From IMG/VR virus record IMGVR_UViG_3300043448_001007, positions 1 through 64,000 of that record: 64,000 nucleotides of DNA, one strand, 5' to 3'. The stretch is from a virus. The notes beneath the pieces are model-generated. The model had not been told where the DNA came from. It saw only the letters and a list, made by a program, of their open reading frames with translations, and made no database searches. Within the stretch, counting starts at the first letter, position 1. Each line of letters opens with the position of its first letter. The position numbers and the translations under genes are program-made. Shown in pieces: positions 28,561 through 39,552 of the stretch.

Positions 28561-30525
28561 ATGAGAGTTTTAGGACCCAAAGAATATTTAGAAAATCTAA
28601 AATATCAAAGAGTTAATGAAGAAGTTTTCCAAAATGATATTAGTTGGGGAGATTCATTGGTTGGTCGTATGTTTGCCTCTGTTGGTAGAAAAGTATCAGA
28701 TACTTATAATAATAAAAAGATTGGTGATCTCTTAAAAAAGTTAGAAGATACAATAAATGTCGAAGCTTTAAAAACTGTTGAAAAGAATGTACCAGAAATA
28801 AAAGAATCATCTGATAAAGCTAAGCAGAAACCAATCATTGATAGATTGATAGGATATTTAGAAAAGGGTGATATTGAAGGTGTAAAAAGACTTTCAGAAA
28901 ATGTGGAATTTGATAATGTTCTAAATAAACTAAATGATGATGATAGAAAATTTATAGAAAGCTTATTAGATGATAAAGTTGATAGTGAATCAGATACCTC
29001 TATTGGCAATATTGAAACTTCATTAAAAGATTTTAAGACTATTATCGATACTGTTGTTGTAGAGAGCTATTATGATTTTTCTGAATATTTTTCTATAAAT
29101 GAGAGTATTAATAATTATGATCAATTTAAAGTTCTTATTAAAAGAGAAAAGGATTTAATGAAAAGAAATCTTAAAAGTATTTTTATAGAAATTAAAAAGT
29201 TTTATAAAAATCCTAAATATACAATAATAGATTCCGCAAATTTTTTGACAAAAGGTGATAAATCTAAATTTGTTGATTTTAAGAAAGTTTCAGAAATATC
29301 TAAAGAGATATCAGATTTTCTTAAATTAGTTAAAGATGGTAGAATAAACATTAATGATCAAAATATAAAGGATAAAATAGTTAAGTTAAAATTGGATGAA
29401 TCAATTCTTATTAAAGAAGAATTTCAATGGGATTCTAATAGGGCTAGTGGGGTAATATCCAACTTAAAAAAGATAGACACTAAAGTAGATGTTGCTAGTT
29501 TATCAGAAAATGATGAAAAAATTGAAAATATTAAACAGTTTCCAATTGACTCTTTAAAAATAGTTCAGATATTTAAAGATGCTTCTAGATTATTTATTAA
29601 ACAAAGAATACCTTCTTCTAGATCAGATGGTAGAATATCAAATAGTAGAGCACAAGATTGGGAGAAAGTAGATAGAAACGGTGGTGTTGAAGGAGTTGAT
29701 CCAAAAAATCCTGGATCTGGACCATTTAGAAGAATATCACTTTTTGATAAATGGAATGATGGTGTTTTGGATATTATCAATAAATATGATAATATAATAT
29801 CAAATGCTGTGATTAAAAAGAAAGATGGTAGTATTGCTAAGGATAAAGAAGGAGAGAATGTTAGTCCTTTAAAGAAATTTATGATTGATAGTTTAGAAAA
29901 ACCAGAACTACAAATTGGTGGATCTGCTCAATCAACATATTTAAGATCACACTTAGGTATGGATGAAAAGACAGCATCTTCTTTTTCTGAAGATGGTAAA
30001 AAGAGTTCAGGAAACAAATCTGATAATGAAACTAAATTAGATTCTAAATGGGAGTGGGTAGATTCTGAAATATCCAAAACAGAACATAAGGGATTGTATA
30101 GGTTTTCTATTAGAAGTAATATCGAATTGGAAAAGGGTGATTTAAAAATTAAATTTCCACAATCTGATAGTATATATTTATACATTTCAGGTAATAATGG
30201 AAAGAATAACAAAAACAACTACCCTTATTGGGGTATAATTTCTGATAGAGATGATTGGATTAAAATTGATGGATATTCTATATCAAATAAAAATCCAGAT
30301 ACTAATATATATTATTGTGAAATTAATTTTGATAAAAAAGGAATTTCTTTAACAAATGTAACAGATATTTATTCGAGAGGTAGATTTGAAATACAAGAAA
30401 AAGTAAAAGATTTTAAATTTGAAATAAATAAAATTATAAAATTTAAAAGATATTTAAAAGATAAAAAGACATTTAATATTGATAATGATTTTACTAAAGG
30501 ATGTAAAAAAGAACTACAAAAATAA
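28561..30525 (+). CDS. Large hypothetical protein, probably virion-internal
   Basis: 654 aa; VNEE/VVES/INES/IKEE sites; TAATATATA at 28531. Confidence 0.6.
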   Translation: MRVLGPKEYLENLKYQRVNEEVFQNDISWGDSLVGRMFASVGRKVSDTYNNKKIGDLLKKLEDTINVEALKTVEKNVPEIKESSDKAKQKPIIDRLIGYLEKGDIEGVKRLSENVEFDNVLNKLNDDDRKFIESLLDDKVDSESDTSIGNIETSLKDFKTIIDTVVVESYYDFSEYFSINESINNYDQFKVLIKREKDLMKRNLKSIFIEIKKFYKNPKYTIIDSANFLTKGDKSKFVDFKKVSEISKEISDFLKLVKDGRININDQNIKDKIVKLKLDESILIKEEFQWDSNRASGVISNLKKIDTKVDVASLSENDEKIENIKQFPIDSLKIVQIFKDASRLFIKQRIPSSRSDGRISNSRAQDWEKVDRNGGVEGVDPKNPGSGPFRRISLFDKWNDGVLDIINKYDNIISNAVIKKKDGSIAKDKEGENVSPLKKFMIDSLEKPELQIGGSAQSTYLRSHLGMDEKTASSFSEDGKKSSGNKSDNETKLDSKWEWVDSEISKTEHKGLYRFSIRSNIELEKGDLKIKFPQSDSIYLYISGNNGKNNKNNYPYWGIISDRDDWIKIDGYSISNKNPDTNIYYCEINFDKKGISLTNVTDIYSRGRFEIQEKVKDFKFEINKIIKFKRYLKDKKTFNIDNDFTKGCKKELQK

Positions 30526-30564
30526 AATAAAAAATCCCATACAAAAATATGGGATTTTTTATTT
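30525..30564. terminator. Terminator hairpin abutting the next promoter
   Basis: aaataaaaaatcccata-caaaaa-tatgggattttttattt. Confidence 0.75.
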
Positions 30565-30576
30565 AATATATAAATC

Positions 30577-31173
30577 ATGAAATATATCAAAGGATTTAAG
30601 TTGTTTAAAGAACAAACAGAACCAACAAAAAGTATGGAAGTTAATAATCAAAAAGTCGCCTTGGAAAAAAGGTGGAATGATTATAAAAGTAAAAAGAGTC
30701 AAATCCCAACTAGAGTTGATAACTTTTTAAAAACCGGTGATATGCAATCTATAACTCTACAAAAGGATGATCTATCAAAAAGTCCATTTAAAGATTTGGT
30801 AACTAATGGTTCAGATCAAACAGTAAATGAGTTTATAATGTCATACCTTCTTTTTATTATTGAACAAAGAAAAAAATGGCAAGATACCTCCGAAAAAATA
30901 AAGAAAACAGAAACCGAGATTAAAACATTATCTGATTCTAAACCAACTGAAAAAGAAGAAATTGATGAAAATCAAAAGAAGATAAAAGGTCTTCAAGATC
31001 AATTAAGTACTTATCGACAATTACAAAATAATTATAATAAATCGGTAATGGATAAAGAAAAAGAATTGGAAAATATCTATAACCAAGAAAAAAAAGAATT
31101 AGAAACTGAGTTTTCTGTTTCAAAAAATTTAGATAAGGCAGTGGAAGCTGAAAAAAATACCACACAAAGTTAG
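30577..31173 (+). CDS. Coiled-coil protein with CTS-like N-terminus
   Basis: MKYIKGFKLFKEQ. Confidence 0.65.
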   Translation: MKYIKGFKLFKEQTEPTKSMEVNNQKVALEKRWNDYKSKKSQIPTRVDNFLKTGDMQSITLQKDDLSKSPFKDLVTNGSDQTVNEFIMSYLLFIIEQRKKWQDTSEKIKKTETEIKTLSDSKPTEKEEIDENQKKIKGLQDQLSTYRQLQNNYNKSVMDKEKELENIYNQEKKELETEFSVSKNLDKAVEAEKNTTQS

Positions 31174-31249
31174 TAATTATTGAAAAATGGAAAAAAATGG
31201 TTTTTTTTATTTTATATATAATAACGACACAAAAAATTATTAAAACAAT

Positions 31250-34200
31250 ATGACAATTCAAATTGGTAAATACAAAAGACCAGGTATCTTCTTAGAAGAA
31301 TTTGATAAATCACAAATTACTAGCCCTACTGTTGATGGGATTACAAACCTAGTTATTGGTGTATCTAAGAAAGGTCCTGTAAACACACCAATCCGTTTAA
31401 CTAATACTGGGGATTTGGAAAGAATCTTTGGACAATTGGATAGACAATTGGAAAGAAAGGGATCATTCTTTCATAGAACAATCTCGAAGATGTTGGAAGC
31501 TTCTCCTGTTTATGCTATTAACTTATTATTAACAGATGATAACTTAGACCAATTGGAATATCAAAATCTTTCTTCAGCTACTTCTTATCAAAATGATGTT
31601 GAGAGATTAGCCCCATATAGAAGATTTTTTGATACTACTGGTTTCTGGAAAAGAGATACTGAATCTTTCATAAATATAACTAAATCAAATGCTGGTTATG
31701 AACAAAGATTATTGAATTTCACAAATTTATCTGATAGATATGTAACTATATTCTGTTTCAAATCTAAAAAGGTAGGATTTGATAGATCGTTATTAGAGTG
31801 GTATGGTTCAATTGAGAAAATGCCTCCATATGTTTATCCAACAGATTTAGCATCAGATTATTTGGTCGATGTTTTAGTAGTGGCTGGTGATTTCTCTAAT
31901 TATAAAGATTTATCAGTTGATCCTAGATATTCTAACTACTTCTCTGCAACTGGTTTGAGAAAAGAACAAGTTAGAAACTTCTCAAATGATAGAAATGTTA
32001 CAACATTAGCAGCAGTTGAAGGTGTTTCTTTAATTCCATATTTCAGAGATGGTAATGGTGCTAATATATTCATTGAAACTGTTATCAATAGAGATACTGA
32101 TAAACACGGTGTGTTCTGTGCTTTTAATATAGATTTATTTGAAACAGACTATCCAAAAGGATTAGTTGATTTAATTGGTAATAACTTAGTTGGTGATTCA
32201 TTAAATGTAAATCCTCCAACTAATGATGAAACATATTATGGTTCATTGGATGGATCTGATGGTTCAGCTGATGGTGAATTTAATGTTAATTTCTTATCTT
32301 ATAAAGAAAATATTACCGAAACTACCGGATTTGAAAACAGATCTTTAGATAGACCTGGTAACGTAATTGCCCTTTTTGGTACTCAATCTATGTTAGGACC
32401 AAATAATCATAACTTTAAAGATAATTTAATCAATCCAAATAAATTGGGTGGTTTCTTATCTGGATACTTAAATGATGGTAATAGAACTTGGTGGTATAAT
32501 GAAGGTTATGTAAATGATGTTTACAAAACTTCATTCACTGTAGCATCTCAAAGTTTATCAGTTGGTTATGCTGTTGACCAAACATCAAATAATGGTTATG
32601 CTGTTATTGGTGGTAACTTGGTTAATATTAGTGGCACATTCTCATTGAACTTATCAGCTACATCATTCCCAGTTACAGGTATAACACAATCATATAGAGC
32701 AGCTTATGTATTAGATACAACTGGTAATGTTAAAGTTGTTCAAACAGTTACTCCAAACACACAACCAAATGTAGCATCTACTGATATAGTATTTGGTTAC
32801 GCATCATTTAGTGTTTGTAATGGTAATTTTGTGGGTGGTTCGATGACCGATGTTACTATTAATAGTAATACTGGTGGTGGTGAGTTAGCTTATATTCCAC
32901 TTTCTTATGGTACTGATTATATCTTCTCAACTGCTTCTCAAGCAGCTGGATCATTTAAAGTTGAATACTTAGATACAAATGAAAGTTTAAATTTAAGTAA
33001 ATACGAAACTGCTAGAAAGATTAAACACTTTAACGCTATGTTAACATATATCAATACATCATCTACTTCTAAAGGTGTGATGTTATTAGATCCTATGGTT
33101 GATACTGTTAAGTTATCAATGGCTAGTATAGTTGTTAAAGATATTGTAACTTCAACAACACAAAATAAATCATTTGTAATTGCTACAACTCCAAATACAA
33201 ATAATACAGTTAATAGTTATGTACAAGATGACTATGTTGAGAATTATTTCTTAGACTCATCTGATATACAAAATATCGTTGATTCTGGTGTATTAGCATT
33301 CTATAAATTAGATGATGAACAATTGATTGGTAAAAATGGTGTTGTAACTAAAAATGAAATACCAGATGCTGGTGATATAGGTGTTGCAGCTAAATATTCT
33401 ACATTATATTCTAAATATAATGATGGTTTGATTAATAGTGGTGATGTTATTTATCAAAAAACAAACTACTCTCCAGTTCAAGCTATATTTGTACCGGGTG
33501 AATCAGCTACTGCTTCTATAGCAGGGTATGATTACATTGTATTTAAAGTTAGTCAAACAGATGGAATGCAATCATTTAATAATGGATATTTTAATGAAGT
33601 TAATAACTTATCTGGATATCAATTCTTAATAAAAGGTGTTAGTAATACTGGTGTATTTACAACAAAAGTTGATGAAGGTTTAACACCAGCTAATACTGGT
33701 TTCCCTTACCAACCAACAACTGCTGGTGGTGATGCATTAACTGGTAGAGCTTTCCAATTAGCAACCGCTTCTAATGGAGTTTATGACTTCTTTGATAATA
33801 CAGATTATAAATATTTCGCTTATGAAGTAGCTCAAAATACTTCAGAAGAAACATTGGATGTATTAAATCTATTTGCTTATAGTCCAAACTTTGACGATGC
33901 TCCGGCTTATATTGAAGTTTATATTGATAGTGAATTGAATCTAAGAATGTCCTTCAAGGATTATTTATTAACAGCTCCTCAACCATTAGCTAGTATCGAT
34001 ATTGCTGGTAACGGGTTGGCATCTAATAATAGAATCTATGTTAGTTCATTTGATTCAAATTATAAACAAGCAATTGAAATTGAACAACCAGCTAATTGGA
34101 TCCCAGTAGCTAATAAAATATTAGTTAGAGGAAGTAGATATACGGAAATTAAAACTGGTGATTACTTGGAAGCTGATTATGATGTAAATTCTTTAATGCC

Positions 34201-35410
34201 AGATCAAATGCCGAAGAAATTAACAAGAATACTTTCTAAAAAGGTATGGAGTGGTGATTCTTCATTGGTTGAAATAACTTGTGATGCTACTATTAAAGTT
34301 ACTGATTTTAATGGTGATAAACAAACTTTCAGATATTCAACATTTGATAATTATGTAACAACTTACAAAGCTATTAGCCTTAAAGGATTTAGAATTCGTC
34401 AAGAATCTTTACCAGATGGTACTGAAGAAAAACAAAATGATATCCTTAATTTAACAGCTAAAGGAACTCCAATGTTCCACGCTTTAACTAACAAGGAAGC
34501 ATTCGATTTCAGATACTTAATTGATGGATTTGGTTTAGGATTGACCGAAAGATCAAAACAACAATTAGTTGATATTTGTGGAGAAAGATTAGATTGTTTT
34601 GGTATATTAAATATGCCAAGTATGAAACAATTTAAAAATTCAAGTTCACCTTCATTTGTTAATGAAGAAGGAGTATTACAACTTGAATATGTTGCCGCTG
34701 GTGGAAATATTGAAGCTAACCCAGCCTTCTTATATTCATTTGGTGATGGAAAAGGAGTTTCTGCAACTGGTTACTTTACTCCATATGTAACTGTAAATGA
34801 TAATGGTAGACCAGTTGATGTTCCGCCATCTGCCTATATCGGTATTACATATATGAGAAAACATAACTCAACCAACTCAAATATTGTTCCTTGGACAATT
34901 GCGGCTGGTATAACTAATGGTAAGGTAACAAATATTGCTGGTATCGAAATGGATTTCACCCCACAAGATATTGAATATTTAAATCAAGCTCAAATGAATC
35001 CTATTACATTCAAACGTAATAGAGGTTATATGATAGAAACTGAAAATACTGCTCAAGTATTATACAAATCAGCTCTTTCTTATATCCACGTTAGAGAAGT
35101 ATTAATTGAATTAGAAAGAGAATTAGCAGCAATGTTACTTGATTTCCAATGGAAATTTAATACTCCAGAAATCAGAGCTGAAATTAAATTAAGAGCTGAT
35201 GTTATTTGTGAGAAATATGTTTCTCGTCAAGGTTTATTCAACTACTTTAACAAGTGTGATGAAGAAAACAATACTCAAGAAATCATCGATAACCAAATTG
35301 GTGTTTTGGACACGTTTGTGGAACCAATTCGCGGAATGGGTATCATCGTGAACAACGTAACAATCCTAAGAACTGGTTCAATTCAGTCTGGTGGATTTAT
35401 CACAGACTAA
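31250..35410 (+). CDS. Contractile tail sheath protein (gp18-like), enlarged
   Basis: RPGIFLEEFD..VIG.SKKGP.NTP; C-terminal HVRE..FNT..R..CDEENNT..IID...VEP. Confidence 0.92.
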   Translation: MTIQIGKYKRPGIFLEEFDKSQITSPTVDGITNLVIGVSKKGPVNTPIRLTNTGDLERIFGQLDRQLERKGSFFHRTISKMLEASPVYAINLLLTDDNLDQLEYQNLSSATSYQNDVERLAPYRRFFDTTGFWKRDTESFINITKSNAGYEQRLLNFTNLSDRYVTIFCFKSKKVGFDRSLLEWYGSIEKMPPYVYPTDLASDYLVDVLVVAGDFSNYKDLSVDPRYSNYFSATGLRKEQVRNFSNDRNVTTLAAVEGVSLIPYFRDGNGANIFIETVINRDTDKHGVFCAFNIDLFETDYPKGLVDLIGNNLVGDSLNVNPPTNDETYYGSLDGSDGSADGEFNVNFLSYKENITETTGFENRSLDRPGNVIALFGTQSMLGPNNHNFKDNLINPNKLGGFLSGYLNDGNRTWWYNEGYVNDVYKTSFTVASQSLSVGYAVDQTSNNGYAVIGGNLVNISGTFSLNLSATSFPVTGITQSYRAAYVLDTTGNVKVVQTVTPNTQPNVASTDIVFGYASFSVCNGNFVGGSMTDVTINSNTGGGELAYIPLSYGTDYIFSTASQAAGSFKVEYLDTNESLNLSKYETARKIKHFNAMLTYINTSSTSKGVMLLDPMVDTVKLSMASIVVKDIVTSTTQNKSFVIATTPNTNNTVNSYVQDDYVENYFLDSSDIQNIVDSGVLAFYKLDDEQLIGKNGVVTKNEIPDAGDIGVAAKYSTLYSKYNDGLINSGDVIYQKTNYSPVQAIFVPGESATASIAGYDYIVFKVSQTDGMQSFNNGYFNEVNNLSGYQFLIKGVSNTGVFTTKVDEGLTPANTGFPYQPTTAGGDALTGRAFQLATASNGVYDFFDNTDYKYFAYEVAQNTSEETLDVLNLFAYSPNFDDAPAYIEVYIDSELNLRMSFKDYLLTAPQPLASIDIAGNGLASNNRIYVSSFDSNYKQAIEIEQPANWIPVANKILVRGSRYTEIKTGDYLEADYDVNSLMPDQMPKKLTRILSKKVWSGDSSLVEITCDATIKVTDFNGDKQTFRYSTFDNYVTTYKAISLKGFRIRQESLPDGTEEKQNDILNLTAKGTPMFHALTNKEAFDFRYLIDGFGLGLTERSKQQLVDICGERLDCFGILNMPSMKQFKNSSSPSFVNEEGVLQLEYVAAGGNIEANPAFLYSFGDGKGVSATGYFTPYVTVNDNGRPVDVPPSAYIGITYMRKHNSTNSNIVPWTIAAGITNGKVTNIAGIEMDFTPQDIEYLNQAQMNPITFKRNRGYMIETENTAQVLYKSALSYIHVREVLIELERELAAMLLDFQWKFNTPEIRAEIKLRADVICEKYVSRQGLFNYFNKCDEENNTQEIIDNQIGVLDTFVEPIRGMGIIVNNVTILRTGSIQSGGFITD

Positions 35411-35430
35411 TTTTAATTAGAATAAAATTT

Positions 35431-35458
35431 AAAAACCCTCAAGAAATTGAGGGTTTTT
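35431..35458 (+). terminator. Intrinsic terminator after sheath
   Basis: aaaaaccctcaa-gaaa-ttgagggttttt. Confidence 0.85.
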
Positions 35459-35504
35459 TATTAAACAAAGATAGGTGTGTTTAATATATATGTAAAAACA
35501 ACTA

Positions 35505-37190
35505 TTGTATATGAATTTAAATATATTCAAAGAACCAGATCCATCTGGTAGAATGTCAAAGGAATCATATGTTTCTAAGACATATACAGAAGAATATAAG
35601 GTAATAATTGATTATTGTAACTCTAATAATATTATGGATATACCATTTAAAGAGAAGGTATATTTATTTCTAAATAGTTTAAATTCCACTCCTTTATGTA
35701 AAAATCCAAATTGTGATAATAAAGTTAATTATATTAATAGTACATTGGGATATAGAGAATATTGTTCCAATAAATGCATTGGTAGTGATCCAAATATTCA
35801 AAAAATAAAGGAAGAAAAATCAATATTAAAGTTTGGAACAAAAACTCCGGCTGAATCAAAACAAATCAAAGAAAAAATTATTAAAACAAATCAAGAAAGA
35901 TATGGTGGTAATTCACCACAATCTAACACAGATATTAGGAATAAATCAAAAGAAACTCTATTAAAAAATTGGGGAGTTGATAATCCTGGTAAGAACGAAA
36001 CTATTCTCAAAAAAAGAATTGAATCTTTTAAAAAAAGTGATTATAAAGAAAATTTTAAGAAAACATCAGTTGAGAAATATGGAGTTGAACATCCTTGGAT
36101 GAATAAAGAAATTCATAATAAATCAATAAATAAATCAATTTTAACTAAGAATAAAAAGATATCTAATATAATAGAAAATAAATTAACAAATACTAACTAT
36201 AATTTGATATCTATTGATTATGATAAATTTAAAAGAGAGATACAGATTTCGTGTGTAGATTGTGGATCTAATTTCAAGATAAATCGTGAAGACTTCCATC
36301 ATCGTTTTAAAAGTAAAACAACTATATGTACAAATTGTAATCCAATTAATAGTAGTAAATCTGGATCAGAGATGGAACTTGTTAAGTTTATATCAAGTGT
36401 TTATAATAAGACTATTATTACTAATAGGAAAATTATATATCCATACGAATTGGATATATACTTACCAGATGATGACTTAGCTTTTGAATTTAATGGTTTA
36501 TATTGGCATTCAGAAGATCAAAAGGGTAAAAATTATCATTATATTAAAACTAAAAAATGTGAAGAGTCTGGGATAGAATTAACACATATTTGGGAAGATG
36601 ATTGGGTTTATAACAATGATATTATCAAGTCTATTATTTTGAATAAACTATCACTTACTAAAAATAAAATATTTGCTAGAAAATGTATTATTTCAGATGT
36701 ATCAATTAAAGAATCCTCTAAATTTTTAGAAGAAAATCATATTTTAGGAAATTGTAAATCTAATATTAAAATAGGTTTATATCATAATAATATTTTAATA
36801 TCTTTAATGTGTTTCTCCAAAAATAAAGGAGATTTTGAGTTGGTTAGATTTTGTAATTTATTAAATACCAATGTTATTGGTGGTGCTTCTAGGATCTTTA
36901 AATATTTTATCAATAAATATAAACCGGTGAAGATTACCAGCTATTCTGATAACTCTATGTTTACCGGTGATTTATATGAGAAATTGGGATTTGAATTTAT
37001 AAATGAAACTAAAATAAATTATAAGTGGGTTCTTAATAAAAAAAGATGTCATAAATCAAATTATAGAAAGGATCGATTGGTTAAAGATGGATACGATCCT
37101 AGTAAAAGTGAATCGGATATAATGATTGAGGATGTTGGTTCTTATAAAGTTTGGGATTGTGGATTAAAGAAATGGGTTTACAAAACTTAA
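35505..37190 (+). mobile_element. Homing-endonuclease-like gene: Zn finger, K.T..E.YGV repeats, PD-(D/E)xK nuclease, C-terminal GNAT/Mom-like domain
   Basis: ELDIYLP..AFEFNGLYWHS; HIWEDDW; FLEENHI.G; ELVRFC..VIGGAS; SYSD..GDLYEKLGF; WDCG. Confidence 0.75.
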
Positions 37191-37522
37191 TCTAAAATAG
37201 ATATTAATTTAATTTCTCGATCTATTTGAATATAATCAATTTTATTATAGATAATTGACTTAATTAGATCAATATATTTTTCAACCTCTGGGGTGGATTC
37301 TATTTCTAAACTATGTATGTTGATTCTCAAATGTATATCACCACTTTCTATATGGTGGAAAATAACATCAACACAACCAGGATTTAAATGTCTATTATAA
37401 CCATCTTCATCGGTAAAGGCAAAATCACAAAATAAACTAATTTTATTTAGGAGGTATGTTATCTTTCTAAATGTTGATAATTTGAAGTTTTTATCATTTT
37501 CGTTGAAAATTGAATGTATCAT
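37187..37522 (-). CDS. Hypothetical protein
   Basis: 111-aa ORF ending REIKLISILD. Confidence 0.6.
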   Translation of the reverse strand: MIHSIFNENDKNFKLSTFRKITYLLNKISLFCDFAFTDEDGYNRHLNPGCVDVIFHHIESGDIHLRINIHSLEIESTPEVEKYIDLIKSIIYNKIDYIQIDREIKLISILD

Positions 37523-37578
37523 AAACCTTTTACTAATTTAAATAATGGATAAGTCATCTAATTCTATATATTAAATAT

Positions 37579-38088
37579 TTAACTTATTTTATTAAATATT
37601 AGTTTACAAGATAGATTATGGGCAATTTTTCTGATTAAACTTTCATTTGCTTTTGTATTGTGTAATAGTTTGGGTTTTTTAATCACTTCAAATGATAAAT
37701 CGTCATTAATATAAATGAGTCCGGCATAGTCTGGGACCTCCTCAACTTGTATAAGATCTTTAATAGTTACAAAGGTAAAATAATTGGGTAGTAAGTATTC
37801 CAACTCACCCTTTCTACTTTGAGTAAATTTTTCATTAATAATTAGAGTATGTTTTTCTTTAATGAAATCTTTTTTATAATCAGATCTACTTATTTTTATT
37901 TCATATTCATAGATATAATCAGATTTAGATATGGATATAACATCACATTCACTTAAACCCATTCCAGTAAATTTGGTGGTGATGGGTGAGTGTGATTTTT
38001 CATATAGATACATACATAAAGCAGATTCTATATTTTTTGATTTGGAGTTATCTCTTTTAATTTTATTGATTGATGATTTTCTAGACAT
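37579..38088 (-). CDS. MmcB-like PD-(D/E)xK nuclease
   Basis: ECDVI...YEYEIKISRSDY.KD..K; PNYF.F; EVPDYAGLI. Confidence 0.75.
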   Translation of the reverse strand: MSRKSSINKIKRDNSKSKNIESALCMYLYEKSHSPITTKFTGMGLSECDVISISKSDYIYEYEIKISRSDYKKDFIKEKHTLIINEKFTQSRKGELEYLLPNYFTFVTIKDLIQVEEVPDYAGLIYINDDLSFEVIKKPKLLHNTKANESLIRKIAHNLSCKLIFNKIS

Positions 38089-38111
38089 TTTATTAATTAT
38101 TTTATTAATAA

Positions 38112-38133
38112 AAAATCCTCCGAAGAGGATTTT
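38112..38133 (-). terminator. Terminator with UUCG loop (minus strand)
   Basis: aaaatcctc-cgaa-gaggatttt. Confidence 0.75.
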
Positions 38134-38134
38134 A

Positions 38135-38383
38135 TTATTTAAATTTACTTGCTATACTTCCCATATCTTTCATATACGATCCTGGATTGAAGTTAGGCAT
38201 TGTTGATTTTTGTTTCTCCTCTTCTGATTTTCTTTGTTTTTCCTCTTCATCTGTTAGTTCATTAACAATACTGATATTTTCCTCAAACATCCAATATGGC
38301 CAGTCATCGATTGATTTCTCATTAACATGGTAATGTTTTTGAAGAAGAAGTTTATTTTTTAATAAAGGTCTCAAAGGCATCAT
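38135..38383 (-). CDS. gp51-like baseplate hub/tail assembly chaperone (own ATG at 38383 or reached by frameshift)
   Basis: LL.NK.LLQKHY......ID.WPYW.FE; overlaps the end of the gp26-like gene. Confidence 0.6.
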   Translation of the reverse strand: MMPLRPLLKNKLLLQKHYHVNEKSIDDWPYWMFEENISIVNELTDEEEKQRKSEEEKQKSTMPNFNPGSYMKDMGSIASKFK

Positions 38384-39284
38384 GAATAACGAAAATACCT
38401 GACGCTCCGTTGGGAAACTGCATATCTGCGCGGACCTCCAGGCCACACGAACCACAATTTTTAACCAACTCTTTAATACCAAATGTCATTTTACTGACAG
38501 CACTATTTAAAAATTGAAAAGAAATATCGTCCATGTTTTCAAAATCAACCAATTTAGCTTTAATTCCTTCGTTAGTGATATTATTTCTACCTTCTAACAT
38601 AAATGGAATGATTTTTAAAAAAGCCATATTAGGTTTTGATTTTTCAGCATTTTCCTTAATTATATAATCCGTAAAAGATTTCTGTAAACCAATAGTTGGT
38701 GGAGTTAACGAGAATTCTTTATTATTGGTTGTTTTGAAGTAAAATGAGTTTGTTTTTTTATCATAAAAATCATTTAACCTCTCATCTAAAACATGGAATC
38801 TAAAATTAGCTCTTTTTAGTTCTATCTCACAATCTTGACCACAAGTACATTTGGCTTTAACTCCTAAAGAAGAACCATTTTGAAATGTTAATTCTCGGAT
38901 CATAAATATTAAAAATAGTCTGTCTTGATCTTTGATATCTAAAAATGTGCCCATTTTTCCATCTGGAAATTTAATTCTAGCACAAGAAGCCAACATATCA
39001 TTCATCTTTTCTATCACATCGTAAAAATTATTATCATCTACCATTGAATAAGATTGAATCTCCTTAACTTGAGCGGCTCTTATTAAAAGAGTTGTTCCAT
39101 TTGGATAAAATTGACCACAGGGTAGTTGACGAATATCAACACTCATATATTGAAGATCGGTGGTTCTGGTATTAGATGGACCACTCTCAATCACTTGATA
39201 CATATCACGATCATTTTTATTTTCATTTTGCATCAGATGTTGTTTTAAATAATCCTCTTCTGACATTTCTTTTTTACTACTCAT
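38352..39284 (-). CDS. gp26-like baseplate hub/tail assembly chaperone
   Basis: LP.GQFY; DRLFL.F.IRELTF; CTCG and CGSCG; C-terminal FPNG..GIF. Confidence 0.65.
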   Translation of the reverse strand: MSSKKEMSEEDYLKQHLMQNENKNDRDMYQVIESGPSNTRTTDLQYMSVDIRQLPCGQFYPNGTTLLIRAAQVKEIQSYSMVDDNNFYDVIEKMNDMLASCARIKFPDGKMGTFLDIKDQDRLFLIFMIRELTFQNGSSLGVKAKCTCGQDCEIELKRANFRFHVLDERLNDFYDKKTNSFYFKTTNNKEFSLTPPTIGLQKSFTDYIIKENAEKSKPNMAFLKIIPFMLEGRNNITNEGIKAKLVDFENMDDISFQFLNSAVSKMTFGIKELVKNCGSCGLEVRADMQFPNGASGIFVIHDAFETFIKK

Positions 39285-39305
39285 AAAGTATGTTTATTTT
39301 TTATT

Positions 39306-39455
39306 TTATATATTCGTTTTTACTTTTTTCCTCTTTTTATTTCTTTCCCTTTGTCGATATTTCTTCTCATTTCTTCGACATTTTTCTTGACAGTAAACTT
39401 TATCTGAACGACCCTCACCAACATCATTGCAACAATTTCTATACTGACATTTCAT
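39306..39455 (-). CDS. Small basic zinc-finger protein, 49 aa (not in ORF track)
   Basis: MKCQYRNCCNDVGEGRSDKVYCQEKCRRNEKKYRQRERNKKRKKVKTNI. Confidence 0.7.
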   Translation of the reverse strand: MKCQYRNCCNDVGEGRSDKVYCQEKCRRNEKKYRQRERNKKRKKVKTNI

Positions 39456-39473
39456 TCTATTTACTTTTTTAAG

Positions 39474-39498
39474 TATATAGTAATCAATTCGTCCTCCC
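39474..39498 (-). promoter_or_regulatory. GGGAGGACG-N10-TATATA promoter element
   Basis: Same 9-mer and spacing upstream of the portal gene. Confidence 0.6.
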
Positions 39499-39552
39499 TC
39501 TTTAACATTTTTAATAATTTAAATTTAATATATAAGAAAAATAGAAATTTTT

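Noticed and set aside
39290-39472. Listed 60-aa plus-strand ORF
   Set aside because: The opposite strand encodes a more convincing zinc-finger protein with its own promoter element
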